Part shown: in pieces, positions 23,146 to 36,855 of the stretch | Numbering within the stretch: the stretch's first letter is position 1 | Layout: the number at the start of each line of letters is the position of its first letter | Source of the DNA: Psammoneis japonica | Taxonomy: Eukaryota | Direction of reading: 5' to 3' | Length of the DNA stretch: 64,000 bases | Assembly: GCA_008632985.1 (NCBI GenBank) | Contig: QPGO01000078.1 | Location: forward strand, 248,001 to 312,000 | Position numbers and translations under genes: made by a program | The notes under the pieces: generated by a model | The model's database searches: none | What the model was told of the DNA's origin: nothing | The model's input: only the letters and a program-made list of their open reading frames with translations

Positions 23146-23930
23146 TACAAGTAAAAAACCGGTCTGTCCTCTTCCGACCGGTCTGTCCTCTTGGAAGAGC
23201 AAACTTTGTAAAGCAACTCTATGAGTAACTTCCCATTGTTTGCCATCCAAACCCAACCTACAAACTTCAGTTAGAACGTCAATAGAGATCATGGTGAAAA
23301 CAGCGGGACAAAAGAATGTTGCATCATAGCGCAATCGGGGGCTAAAAACGGCACATCGCCATTTTCTAAAAAAAATGCACCGTCTGAAATTTTACAGAGA
23401 TTTTCGTTCATTAATTATCTTCATTATTTAATATTTTTTAACACTGTATCGCGCTGCGTTTTGTTGAGTTTTCGACAACAAGAAGTTGCCCCATGTGTCA
23501 TGATGAATGATGACCAGTGACAAACACCTGCATACACAGTGCGAGTAACAAAGCAAAACAGCAATCAATCATAGCTTATGGGCCCATATAATTCGATACG
23601 AGTGTGTATTATGGACTTACCATGCTGCCGTTGCAAGAGACGATGGCCACAAGCGAGCAAAAAAACTTTGTAAATTTCTCGGTACATTTCCACGTAGAAT
23701 TCTACTGACGACCGGTCTGTCCTCTTGGAGCAAAAAAAGCCCCCTCTTGCGACACTAGTTATGGCGTTCAGAACCGTGACTCTGGTGAACACAGGCATGA
23801 GAACATGTCAATTGACAATGGTAGAAGACGTAAGAAGCATTGTATAGTGAAAACCCCATCGATTTTGGAAACAAAATCGACTTTTACCAAGACACCAAAA
23901 AGTAGAGGACAGACCGGTTTTTTACTTGTA
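23146..23930. mobile_element. MITE/non-autonomous TIR element (785 bp), TA at both ends
   Basis: Perfect 27-bp inverted repeats: tacaagtaaaaaaccggtctgtcctct (23146-23172) and its reverse complement (23904-23930); subterminal copies of accggtctgtcctctt near 23177 and 23711. Confidence 0.8.
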
Positions 23931-25269
23931 TCCATGCATGCAACAGCGAGATCATAAGACTGCGTAGCCCGCCGTACAAAATCTACGTACTCGGAGACGA
24001 AGGAGAACATCCGCCCTGCACGGCAAAACCTGCGCATTGCAGGAGACGACTAACTCCTCACTCTCTCTCTCTCTGCCATCATGGCATCACGATCGTCCGG
24101 GCGAAATCTACGATCTACTGTATGAGGTGGAGCGCCACACCAGAAGGCGAAATGAACAATGAGGAGCACGTCGTGTCACCTTGTTCTCTCGCTCTTTTCT
24201 GGCACTTGTCACTGAAATGACACGAGGAGCTTTGCAGCTGGCACCAAGTGCGCGAGCTCCTGCACAACAAGTGTTTTTGGAGCCAGTGCAATGGGGCAAA
24301 AGAAGAAGAGCCCAGCTGCCACCCTTTACCTTTTCAAAAATGCATTGGAGAAAAAAAAACACCACACTCTGTCTGTCTCATGCAGAGGATCTGGCGGCGG
24401 TCATGATGTGATGCCCCCTTTGGGGGTTTGCTGTGGGGGGAAAGACTCCAGACTTCTGCCATCTGCTCTCTTCTCTTTAGCAGGGGGGGGGGGGGGGGGG
24501 GGGGGCAAGAAGTGGCGGGCACTCAACTTGGTCAGGTGTGTGTGGCTGGTGTGCCCAATGCACCATTTGTGCGCCGACAAGGTTTTGTGCGTGCCAGCAT
24601 CGCGCTGGATGTGCTGCCAGAATCTGGTGCTTGTTGAGAGGGCTCCTTTCTTTGTCAATCTTTGGCAGCCTCAAAGACACCAGCAGAGAGCAAAAGTGAT
24701 GATGTGCTGCTCCTCTCTCACACCTCTGTTGTTTTTTCTGGCAAAGCTGCTGGGGATCTCTCTGCCTCCTCCTGCCTCGTCCTGTCTGCCAACAAGGAAT
24801 GTCTGCTGGCTGTCATGCACCTCTAGACAAGTCTCCCGTCAACTCTCTAGGGCCTCCCTGTAGAGTAGATGTGGGGTGAGTGTGTCAAACATTGCCAATC
24901 GCATGCGGCAGCGAGCGAATGGAACCTCCAAACAAAGACTGAAGCACACAAGTCTAAATCCCATAACATTGAGCGATGGTTTCGTCTGTTCGTCACCCTC
25001 GCATTCCCCCGTTCTCCCGCCTGCCGCCTGCGCCGCCATTTTTGGATTTTTTTGTCGAGACCTTCTTCACAATGTGGAAATGATGGCGCCGTCAGGTTTC
25101 TGAACAAAGAGGCTATCAAACGTTGTGAAATCTTATCATGTCATGCCCTTTTAGCTTTAAAGACCACATCAGTATCGCTTCTCAGGTAGCCTGCATTGTA
25201 ACCTACGGTGGAAACACCCGAGACATCCTCATAAATTATGCGCTCATTTCGCTGAATCTTTTGGCCATC

Positions 25270-25759
25270 ATGATTTCTTTTCCTCGTCAAGATTCATGTC
25301 GACAAAACAAACGACGACGGATTGGTGCTGTGCTTTCCTTGATTTTTGTTATTACGTTTCAAATAATTCTCTGTCTTGGTGTGCATTGTGAAGGGGTATC
25401 CATCATTTGGTGCGCAATGGCAGGTTGGATCGTCATGGGGAAAAGAACAAACGTTGAATTGATAGTTCTGGTACTGGACGGTCTTGCAATGTTGTATTAT
25501 GCAATTGTTGAAGAATTTATTACAACTGTGGCTCACTGGTTAGTTCAGAAGCTACGAAAAGAGGACTGATTATGCCCTGGTTTGCGTTGACTAATGTTGC
25601 TTTTTCTCTCGTCCCATCCTCAGTCTCGCCATTCTTGTACTTGGTATCCCAGCTTATATCTTGACTGAGCGGCTGTCAACGACTTCAGCAGTCATTCTAT
25701 CATCATCAACGGCTGGCGATTCACCAACACAAGATGTAACGCCCTTGCTCAGAGACTAA
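25270..25759 (+). CDS. Small multi-pass membrane protein of unknown function (2 exons)
   Basis: Hydrophobic ORF from ATG 25270; a GT-AG intron at 25539-25623 restores the frame TVAHC-LAILVLG...LLRD*. Confidence 0.55.
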
Positions 25760-25798
25760 AACAAAAGAGACTCAATTCTTCTTTATTACAATGTATGT

Positions 25799-27332
25799 TT
25801 ATACCCATTCCCGTGGATGCTTGCAGGCATCGAGAAATTCAGCCTCAGGGGAACCGGGCTCTGGCTTTTGGTCATATTCCCATCGCGCAATTTCCGGCAA
25901 ACTCATAAGGATGCTTTCAATACGTCCTCCGGTCTTCAAGCCAAACACCGTTCCACGGTCATAGACAAGGTTGAATTCAACATAACGACCTCTCCTCATG
26001 AGTTGCCAGTTCTTTTGTTCCTCTGTGAATTTATCATTCTTGTGCTTTTCAATGATTGGCCCGTATGCCTTGACGACCGAATTCAAGCATTCCTTGCTAA
26101 ATTCAAAAATGGTATCGGCATCGCGATCGTTTTGGTCGTCGAAAAAGATTCCACCCAAACCGCGCGTTTCGTTACGGTGTTGAATGACAAAGTATCGGTC
26201 GGCCCAGGCCTTGAACTCCTTGTAGTAGTTGGGATCGTGCTTGTCACAAATCTCCTTGTAGGTGCCGTGAAAGTGTTTCATGTCGTCCTCGTCAATATAA
26301 CTGGGAGTAATATCCGTTCCGCCGCCGAACCACCTGTAATTTTAGAAAAGTAGAAAAGTAATGCAAAGCAACAAGTTTGAACAAAATCAAATATGTTTTA
26401 GAACAATGCTTAGCAACACGTTGAAAGAAACTAAAATGCACACAATAATCGCCTTACCATACACCTCCATCAGTCTCAAAGTATCTGTAATTGAAATGCA
26501 TCGTGGGACACATTGGGTTACGTGGGTGCATGACAGAACTCAATCCACACGCAAAAAAGGGAACACGCTCCCCGGGTGCCATACCCTTGGCACGGTCGAC
26601 ACCGCGTTCTGTCGCGGCCTGCAGGGCTTCTTGCGGCATGGAGCCGTACACCACAGACAGATTGACTCCGGCCTTTTCAAAGACCTTGCCACCCGACAAT
26701 ACGCGAGACATGCCACCACCACCATTGGCACGCACCCATGCATCCTCTTGAAATTCAGCACCACCGTCGATCTCTGCGATTGCTTTTGTAATGTCAATCT
26801 GAGCCTCGCGGCACATTTTTTCAAACTTGGAACGCATCGGGTAGTTTCCCTCGGGGCCGTCGCCCTCACGGACAAGAGAATCGGGAGCTTCCGTCTAAAA
26901 GTTTTTTTTTAATTGCCACATGGATTCAAGAAGAGATGAGGAATCACTATGAATAGAGAGAATTAATTCAGAATCAGCATCGTATGACTCACCACCGGCT
27001 GGTGAGAATTCCATCCAATGTTGACTGGTGGTGCGTCGTCTCCAGCTTTCTTTCCTTCCTTCGTTTCGGCTTCAGCTTCCTTTGTGGAATGCAACCTAAA
27101 TATAAAAGGAAAGAAAACACATGGTAAATAATATTCAATCGAACGATAAGAACTGTTGATGATAAGAACAAGAAAATTTCAAAATCAATATCATCACGTG
27201 ACACGGATCGAGAAAATTCACCCACCTAGATGTGCCTCCGCGAACAAGTGCGATTGGCGCTCGAGGTGCAGCAAAGCCATTAGAGGCAACGGCGGAAGAT
27301 AGAAACAACACTACGGCACTACCAATCCTCAT
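25799..27332 (-). CDS. hemF: Oxygen-dependent coproporphyrinogen III oxidase, plastid-targeted
   Basis: [69 protein letters not shown]; signal peptide + FAAP; introns at about 27096-27225, 26895-26992 and 26334-26456. Confidence 0.95.
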
Positions 27333-27539
27333 TGTCACTGCCTATTATATACCAATGCAATCAACTCAACACAACAGCAAATGGAAAGAAGCTTTTGATG
27401 TTGTTGTCGCCGCCGCCGCGATGGATTCGCGTAAAGTGCGTGGTTGCAAAACTTCAACAAAGCGAGGAATCGTTCGACTCAAAATGTGACACCACTTCCA
27501 CGTGTCTTGCTGGCGTGTACGTACAGCACTGTAGAGACT

Positions 27540-30500
27540 ATCAGCTCAAACACTTTGTCCGCGCCACACAGTCTTCGCTCCGATTGCATTCCAAACACCG
27601 CGAAGAATGCCAACACCGAGTGGAAACGGGCACGAAAAGAAAACAATGACACCTCCCTGCTGTCAACAGCAGATGAGTCTCCATGCAGAGACCATTGCAG
27701 GTGTGCCAATGGACATTCCTTGCACAAACTTGCATGCACAGCCATTGTCGCTCTTGTGGGTGCAGCACTTGAGTGCTGGCAGCATGCAGACCTGCGCCCA
27801 AAAGCCAAACTGTTGCACCAGCATGTGTGAGTGATGGAACACAAACAAAAATTTGTTCTGAAATCCCATCACTCCCCAATTTGCCACACCCACATCAATG
27901 CCAGTTTGACAAAAAATCATGGGGGGTGGCAAAGAGCAGGATCATGCAGAAAGCTCCAAACTTGGGAGCCACCAGCACAGTGTGCTTGTTGAGGCAGGAT
28001 GCCAGTGGGGTGCTGAAGTTTTCAATGAAACAAGGCAGATGCAATGGCCTCTTGCACATGGAAGAATGACAAGGTGGTGTGTCTTGGAGTGAGAGACAGG
28101 GGTGCCATCTGCAGCTGGCTTGTTGTCACTGAACAGGCCTCACTCCTCATCTCATGGGTCAGGATTCCAAGGCAGTGCAAAGCAGTGTGAAGGTCAACAA
28201 CTTGCTCTGCACAAGTTCTTGTGTGGCTCTCTCCAAAAACTCAAACAAAACCCATGCATCACAGCAGTCTCAACTGTGTGCTCTGTTTCTTGGAGAACCT
28301 GTTGACTGGGGACTCTCTTGTTGAGAAGGCAAAGGGGTTTGACCCCAGCAGCTGAGCAGCCTGCAAGCAAACAGCGGAGCAAGCTGGCATCAATGTGCAG
28401 CAAGTCATGGTGACAAACTTGCCAATGGGCTCAGGCACATCATCAGTTGGCAGAGTCTTTTCTGTGCTTTGCCACAAATGGCGCAAGCTCAGTCATGTGC
28501 AGCAGTTGCAGGGAAGGCTGGTCAGCCCTGCCCCTTGGCACAAACATGCAAAGCTCTGTGTGCCTCATTTTTGACTGGTGGTGCACACATGAAGATTGTT
28601 GAGCTTGACCAAAAAGATCATCAAATGAAGCCCATGAAGGGACATGTGCCACTCCAGCAGAGCAGGTGCTGGCTCACTGTTGATGGGCAGGAGCATCAGT
28701 GTGCTGAGGTGGCCATCTGTGACCAGTTGTGCCTTGTTGTGGCAACCACCATGCTCAAGAACACTGCACACAAGATCAGCTGCAATGACTGGTGTGATGG
28801 CTGCACAAAAACAATAGAAAATTGAGCCAGTCCATCTGTGTCTCCCCACATCTCACACCAAGACACCGTGGCAGCAAATCAAGAAGTGGGTGACATGTTG
28901 GCATGAGCAACATTGGATGTTGACTGAATCAAGTGCTCTGCAACTCCATCTTGATGATGAGCATTTGCACCACAGAAGTGCATGCTTTGCTGGGCACTGT
29001 TGATGTGGAAAAGAAACTGGTGGGCCTCAAAAGTGCTGCTGTTGGCAAGGTGGCTGAGTTTGGATGATTGTGCAATGCCCCGCTGCCATGGTCTCACATG
29101 TGCCTGTTTCACTTGAATGGCAATAACGGCAGATGCACTCCAGCCCCAGGTGGGACTGTGTGTGATGTTCGGCCCACAGAATTCTGCATGCAAGAAGTCT
29201 CACAGCAAAAGCATCAAGCAATGAACATGTGAGTGATTGCCAACAACAAAAGAGGTCATTTTGCAAATGCATGTCCTCCTCCACACTTCAAGTGCATCAC
29301 TTGCAGTTTGCCCAGGCACATTCTTCAGACACTCTGGGGTGCACCCAGGGCCTGTTTTTGTGCTCATGAATGCATCTGGAAAATGGGGGGCCCTTTGGTT
29401 TTGCAAAAAAGGGAGTGCGAAACTGTTTCATAGAAAATCACATGCAGAAATGCATGTGCATGACATGTGGTGTGATCCAAAAACCCACTGGTGTTGCAGT
29501 TCAGCAGCACAAGGTCTCACCTGGAGCTGGGGCACACATGGCAACATTGCAGGATCACTTCAGGGGCAAGTTTTGACTTGGTGGCAACTGGGACAGTTCA
29601 CAACAGCTCAATCTGGGTTCAACATTGCAATGGTCAAAAATGATGATTCATGACAATGGCGGTTCTGGGTCTGTGGATCAGCTCATCCGGTGGCCAGAGA
29701 AAAAGATGCATGCTGCGTGCCCATCGACAAAGGAGGAAGGCACTCAGATGTGCACAGACTCAATGTCAACAGACTGGAGATGTGTCTCTCCAATCAACAA
29801 ACAACAACGCCATTGAAAATTGATGAATGACAACTTGTTGATTGCGATCATGTTCAATGAGGACACATTGGTTCAGCACAGCAGCTCCGGTCAGTGAAAG
29901 AAAAGATGCTGTTGCACACTGCTTTTTTGGGCTCGATGACCAGCTGCAATGCTTGTGTGTGACCAGTGATGTCAAAGGAGCAAAAGCTCATGGTCACAAA
30001 CTAAAAGCTGTTGTTGTTGCAAAAGCTGTTGACTGAAAATTGTGACTGCAATGTGTTGATCAGAGATTTTGATGGCGGAATTTGAAATTGCAGCACATTC
30101 AATCACATGTGGAAGGCAGGCAGAAGGACAGACATCAACTCAAAGGGATGACAGAGGTGGCCATGCACCAGCAAGCTGGCAGAGCGCGGAGTGTGGAGCC
30201 CCATCATGCGGAGACGGAAATGGACCAATGATGGCGTTCCCTTCAGCGACCCATTTGGTGGCTCCAAGCCTCCATGACAGTGCTCTCTTGCTCCCTCTGT
30301 GGCCACCTGATCTGCCTCCCAACCACGCACACACCTTTGCACATTCTGTTCTCTGCCCGTGGGCTGTTTTTTCCATCATCATTGCTGCTGCCATCACAAC
30401 ATCAACGGCATTGCTCCCCCGCCGATGACCCAATCCATGACTCGGTCACTCCCTCGAACCTGCACCCCCACCAACAACACTTTGAATGACCTTGCCGCTG

Positions 30501-32052
30501 GCTCATCCCAAACAATGACTTGCGCCCAACCAATGAAACCAACTGTGACCACAGAGTCATTCCTCAACGTGGCCCTTTCCTCACCGACACCACAAAATGA
30601 CCGAATCGCCAACACCAATTGCCCCCTTCTTCTCCGCGACATCTCCCAAGCCCCAACGCCTCATCCACACCCAACACCTGGTGCTCGCCTGCCATCACTC
30701 GCCCATCCTTGTGTCCCCAACACCCAACGCCCACTCATTTACACTGCTGCATGCGCATCATTCACACACATCGCCCTGGGTCATTCAACGCACTTCCGCT
30801 GTCGCACTGAGACCCTCCGACACATGCCCGCAACACCCCCACAGCAGCAGATGTCAACGCCATCAGCAACAATGCTGGTTCATGACTGTGTCCCTCTGCT
30901 GAATTGAAAGCCAGCAGAGTTCCCAAAAACCAAATTTCGACCTCTCAAACACCAGTTTTCTCTGCCGACAGCCTTTTCTCTGCAGATTGCCACCTCGACA
31001 TGGATGAGTTTTTCCTCAACAACCTTGACCCCTTCAACACCAATCTGCCTTTCAACACTGATTGTCCTTTTGCTGATCCCTCCGATGACCTCTGCGACCA
31101 CTTCCACCCCAAAAATGATCTCTCAGATGACCCGTGCAACCAGTTGCACCCCAACAACACTCCACCCTCCAATGACAACACCCCTCTGAGCCTCTCCACT
31201 GCCATGATGACCTCCTGCCTCCTCTCATCAGTCTGTTCTGCCACTGACAACACCGCTGACCATTCGCCCATCCGAGCTCTATGTCGGTCTTCCTCCCATG
31301 TGGACCTGCCTGTCCTGGCCTCTGACGCTCAACTGGCCGCTCTGCGCTGGTCTTCCTCCCACATGGACCCCCCCACTTCCATTGGCACCCCGCCAATCTT
31401 CCTTCCATCACCTTTTGCCTTGATCCTCTGCCCGCTGCACGTGCTCCTCCTTTTGCTGTCCTGCCAACATCACCCTGTCTCACACGCTTTCTCTTCAATC
31501 CTTCAGTCCCACCTTGTTCTCCACCCAGGCTCTTGCACTTTTGTTGCCCTCCTTGAGTCTGCCGCTTCCTTCACCAGCTCGGCATGACTGCCAATCTCTC
31601 CTTCTTCCCTTTCTTGGTGCTTGCACATGCAATGGACCCTCAAATCCACACCCCACCTCCAGACCTTGCCCTCCTCATTCGCACATGCCTCTTCAAGCAT
31701 GCAGCTGAAGGCGACCCTCTCCTTCCTCTTGTCTGCCTTGTTCCCACAAGCCTTCTCTCCTTTGATGACTTCCTCCTCTACATTGACAACTGTGGTGAAC
31801 ACTTCACTCAACAGTCTGTCACTCACACCACCCCTCACATGCATGCACCAAGACAGTTTGTGCAACCTGCACACAAGCAATGAGAAAGGAGATGATGATG
31901 AGAAAGGAAGCACCATCGACGCGACAAGACGAGACAAGAGAGGAAGTGCCGTCAACAACCGGAGACCCATGGAATGACTGCTGACCAATGCCATCTTCCA
32001 TTGTTGATCTGAGTGATCTACAAAAATCCGTTGCGGCAGAGTGGTGCAGGCC
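27540..32052. mobile_element. Degenerate transposon remnants including Copia-like integrase fragments
   Basis: Minus-strand ANAHHQDGVAEHLIQ resembles Copia integrase HQNGVAER; 30950-31800 is homologous to 38230-38960; TpA nearly absent and CpG low. Confidence 0.5.
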
Positions 32053-32057
32053 ACATG

Positions 32058-35000
32058 TGTCAGCCTGTCCATCCTGCAATGGACAGACTGCACACGGATG
32101 ATGGCAAGACCATCCAGACAGACGAGCAGATCTCTCTGAGATCTGCCTCTCACTTTCTCATCTGCTGGTGCTCGTGTTGTCACAGTCCCAGTGCTCAGGG
32201 ACTCTTTCATGCCTCTGTCATCATTGACCTTCAGTGTTCTGTCAGGTCATGGCCTTGCGCTGTGCCACAGAACTCTGCGCCGCGCTTTCTGTTTCGATTC
32301 ATTTGTTTTGTGAGCCGACCGAGCAAGCCTCATCGTCTGTTCCAACAACAATTTTTTCCTTGCTTTTCCGGCATTTTTCACAATCGTAGAAACATGCCAG
32401 ATTTCTGCATGTGCATGACCAAAAATGCCACCACCAAGTCCAACCATGGTGTCTCCGAGAGGTGCAAACCCTCCTCCGACATCCATCACAGAGATCTGTC
32501 ATGAGTTCCAACAACACAACACTCTGCCGCATGTCCACACATCTTTGAACATGCTTCACGTGGATGCCATCCATGCCTTAGACCCCTTTTTTAAAGACCC
32601 TGAGCACGCGACACCCAAGACAAACTTTTTGGACTTGCTGTGTGCACATCTCATCAACAAAGCAATTCCACCTTGCACGGCAGACCCTGGATGATCCTAG
32701 ATCAAGCTCTGTTTCGCATTGTGGACCCTGCCAGGACTCGTGCACTCCATTTGACTCCTGAGAGCCTCTCTCACATGATCAAACTCTGTCTTTGTCAACA
32801 TGAACATGCTCCACACATTCTCATGTCAATGCAGCACATGCACTTCAATCATGATGTGCGGTGGAATTATGGAGATTGGAAAGAGTTTTCTCTTTCCCCA
32901 CATGCATCTGAACAAGCACCTGCGGCTCCACCGTCATTGACCATGAATTCTTCATTGCATTGCATGGACGATTTTGTCACGGCTCCATGTGACGTTGTGT
33001 GTGGTGACACACAGCCACATTTGACAGCTGTTGGGCATCATGGAGGTGCTCCTGTGCATGTTACATCCAAGCATCAACCTGAACAAGAGTCTGTGCTTCT
33101 TTCAGCAACAAACAGATCTTGCTCCTTGATCGGTGCACACAATCTTGTCAAGAACTGGCACAGTTCCCCATCCGCAACTGCGCCACTCAATGTGACTGCC
33201 AGCATTCATTCTGGAGGCACCAACATGTGTTTTACATCCAAGTGCATGCCATCTGTGCACAATCAAGCTCTTGTGCCTCCTCCATCGCTGCTCGCACCTC
33301 CCTCCTTGGCCAGCATTCCCGATCTTGTCACGGTGTCGTGTGATTCATCACTGGGATCTACACTGCCCATTGTGGCTGCCAACATGTCTTCTGGAGACTC
33401 TGCAGCAGCTGTCATGTCTGTGGTTCAAGATGCAACTCCTGACACCAAGACCACTGGCAAGAGTGAAATTGGTTCTCATGTTTGGGTCCAAGAATCCAGT
33501 TTCCGTCACTCAGAGTTGCACCCCGTCTCCACAAAGGGCATTTTCCTTGGCCACTCATCTGATGCCAACAAGCATGTCCTGTGGCAAGATCCTGACACCT
33601 GTCAGACCAAGATTGCCATGCACGTGTGCTTCGACGAGGGCATGGATGACTCTCCTCATGCGAAGGATCAATGCAATCAAGATCCTTCACCTTCTGGTGG
33701 CCATGACAGATGTGATTCACCTTCTTTGCTCTCTTCCTCACCTCAGGTCTCTTGTTTGAGCAATCATGTGTTTGAAGTCTCCAAGATGGACTCAGCTGCT
33801 GAGTCTGCCAGCCACACAGATGCAGATGTGACTCGAGTTGAGGATGCATTTGTCATGGGTGCTCAGATTAATCCCACGAATGCAAATGCACTGGATGTCA
33901 AGCCTGCCATGTCCATTGTGGTTCCTGTGAGTCTGTCATCTGCAGTTGTTGTTGCTGGCTCCCTGGCATTGCATGCCAACTTGGCAGAACTTCCCCTCAA
34001 CATCAAGGTCCCACTTCAGTCCCCCAGCATCTGTTGTGATCATTCTGTTGATTCATGCAAAGGTGGCATCATTCTTAAGATGGAGGATTTGTCCTCTCTT
34101 TCCAAGTGTGCCAATGACACCAGCAACTCCTGTGCCATTGTCATTTGATGTGGATGACCACTGTCACCACATGGACAGTCACCCAGTTCCCTTGCCTTTG
34201 GATTTTTGGCTCGGCCGTCATCAACCTTGGATGTGCGATGCCACCAATGCTCACATTGTCTGAACAAGACTGACAGCAGCGGGGTGACTGTGAAAGAGGG
34301 CCACTGAGCTTTTTCACCCTCCGCTGTTCCACCTCTTCCATCTGACGGGATGGCTGTCATTCATTGACACCACCTGTGCGAATCTGACGGCTCCGGTCAT
34401 GTCCACCCTTGCAGATGACGACCCAAGTCTTCCTCTTCAGGAAATGTCAAAACACAGCACCAAGCAAGCGAGCGAGTTGGCAAAGCATGTGATCGATTGT
34501 GGAGCTGTGTCCATGATGGACATCTCTTTGCATGGCACTTCAGATTGAACGGTGCTCACTGTGCATCCATTTTCTTCCAACATGGACAAAGCCTGTGGCT
34601 CCACTGCCTCTTCTCACTCAAATCTCCCGGTTGGATTGAGGTGCATTCCATCATCTCTTGGCTCAACTGGTGTGTTGAATGTGGTGTTTTTTTGCCATCT
34701 CTGCCATCATGGCGACACTCGCGTCTTGTGGTTTTTGATTGCTTTTGAATGATTGTGCTGCGAGACATGTCCAAGACTCGCCAAAATGTCTTGACAAATG
34801 CTTTTGTTTGTTGCAGAGCGACGTTCGCTGTTGTTGTCATCCAATGACCGCGTTGCTGGCCACAACCACCCCAACCCTTTTGACGATTTCAGTCCCGAAC
34901 CGCGATCAACCAATGGATCACTTCTGCCCTTTTTTTTAGGAACCCTCATCATTGATGATGTTTCCACCAATGGCATCTGCTGTGGTCATTCATGCACCTC

Positions 35001-36850
35001 TTTGCCATCCAACTGAGGCTCATGTCATGCTCTTCACTTGCTTCTGTTGGGACTTTCCCATGACTTTGGCACATTTGACGAAGTGTGCTGAAGATGCGCT
35101 TGGTGCAGCTGCTCAGATGGATCCCAGGAATGCCAAAGCATTGGACATCAAGTCTGCTGTGTCTGTTGTGGAACCTGTGGGTGAGCCACCTGCAGTTGTT
35201 GCTGCTGGATTTCTTGTCCCACCGAATCGATGGTGCTTCCCACTGAGGTCCACGCCTGCCTGCTCGTGACCCCAAAGTTTTTTGTTTCTGGCCATTCCAT
35301 TGTTCCATGCAACGATGGCCACATTTCTTCCAGTTGTGGCCTGTCCTTCATCATCAAGGTCACACCCAAGTTGCTTGCCACATGTGCGCTGCCGTCATCT
35401 GTCACCCATGGATGCCGCCAACACTTCGTTGGTTGTCAAGTTGACTCAAATTCGGATTTTTGGTTTGGCCGTCATCAATTTCGGACACACGATGCAGCCA
35501 TTCCTTCACTCATCTGAACAAGACCAATGAAGCGGGGCAGTTGTGAAAGAGGACCATGGAGTCTCACTGCCTTCCGCCAGCCCATCTCTTTCCTCTGTTG
35601 TCAGGATTGTCATTGCACCCAATTGTGCTTTTCATGGTGCTCCGGATGTGTCCACCATTGCTGATGATGACCCTCATTTGCATGATCAGGGGAGGGATCC
35701 CTGTGGCAAAGAGGCAACACACAAGGCTCATGAGCATCTGCAATCCGGCACAGACACCTTTTTTGGTGGCCAAGATTTGGACACACTGCTGTGCCTGCGC
35801 ATCCGTTCCTCCAACATTGAGGAATTTCACGCTGTTTTCTCTTTGTTCAATGAGCTTTGCAAGGGTGGAGCAACATGTGGCACAGGTGCAGCTCTGTCTC
35901 GCGGGTTGCTCACGATTTATTTTTGCCGCATCCTGCACCATGGCGACGCCATCAAGACCGTTGTGATCTCGAATGACATTTTTCATGGTGCTCCCGACCT
36001 GTCCACCATCGCTGATGATGATCCTGCATTTCCGGATCAGGGGAGGGATCACTGTGGTGCAGAGGAAGCATGCAAGGCTTTTCAGCATTTGAGATTCGGT
36101 CCAGACACATCATTTGGCAGCCAAGAATTGGCAGCACTGATGTGCTCACCTGCCATGAGTCTTCGTCCTTCCGACGTTGAGGACTTTTACGCAGTTTTCT
36201 CTTTGCCCAATGAGTTTTTCAAGGGTGGAGCAAGATGTGGCAGTGGTGCTGTTTTGTCTGGTGGGTTGCTTCCGCTTTGTTTTTGCCGCATCCTGCACCA
36301 TGGTGATTTCCCATTCTGCCCCATTTCATTGGATGAGATTCAGCGACATCACGACTCACCAGAATGTCCATTTGGCTTCAATTGCTTGTTGATTGACAGA
36401 TTTTTTCAATGGTTCAAGTCTCGATTGACACGCAAGTTTTGTTGGAAACTGCCGATGATTTTTTTGTCGAAGACTTTGATGGATCAACACACACGCGCTG
36501 CAGCCATTGCTGATTTGTGGTGGTTCCTTTGCGATCACGTGTTGAGCAACCCTGGACACCACTGCTTTGTTTTGTCATCCTTTGGTTTTCCTCTACATTG
36601 TCCCTGTTCTTTGGTTTGATCTGCACTGTCTTCTATCTCGAGACATTGCAGATCAGGGGAGGGTGTCAGCCTGTCCATCCTGCAACAGACAGACTGCACA
36701 CGGATGATGGCAAGACCATCCAGACAGACGAGCAGATCTCTCTGAGATCTGCCTCTCACTTTCTCATCCACTGGTGCTCGTGTTGTCACAGTCCCAGTGC
36801 TTGGGGAGTCTTTCGTGTCTCTGTCATCATTGACCTTTGGCACTCTGCCA
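32058..36850 (+). mobile_element. Non-autonomous Copia-type (CoDi-like) LTR retrotransposon
   Basis: 187-bp LTRs 32058-32244 and 36664-36850 (TG...CA); 5-bp TSD ACATG; PBS-like ggtcatggcc 32245-32254; PPT aggggaggg before the 3' LTR; KGIFLGH...HVCFDEGMDD post-integrase motif; no RT recognised. Confidence 0.85.
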
Positions 36851-36855
36851 ACATG

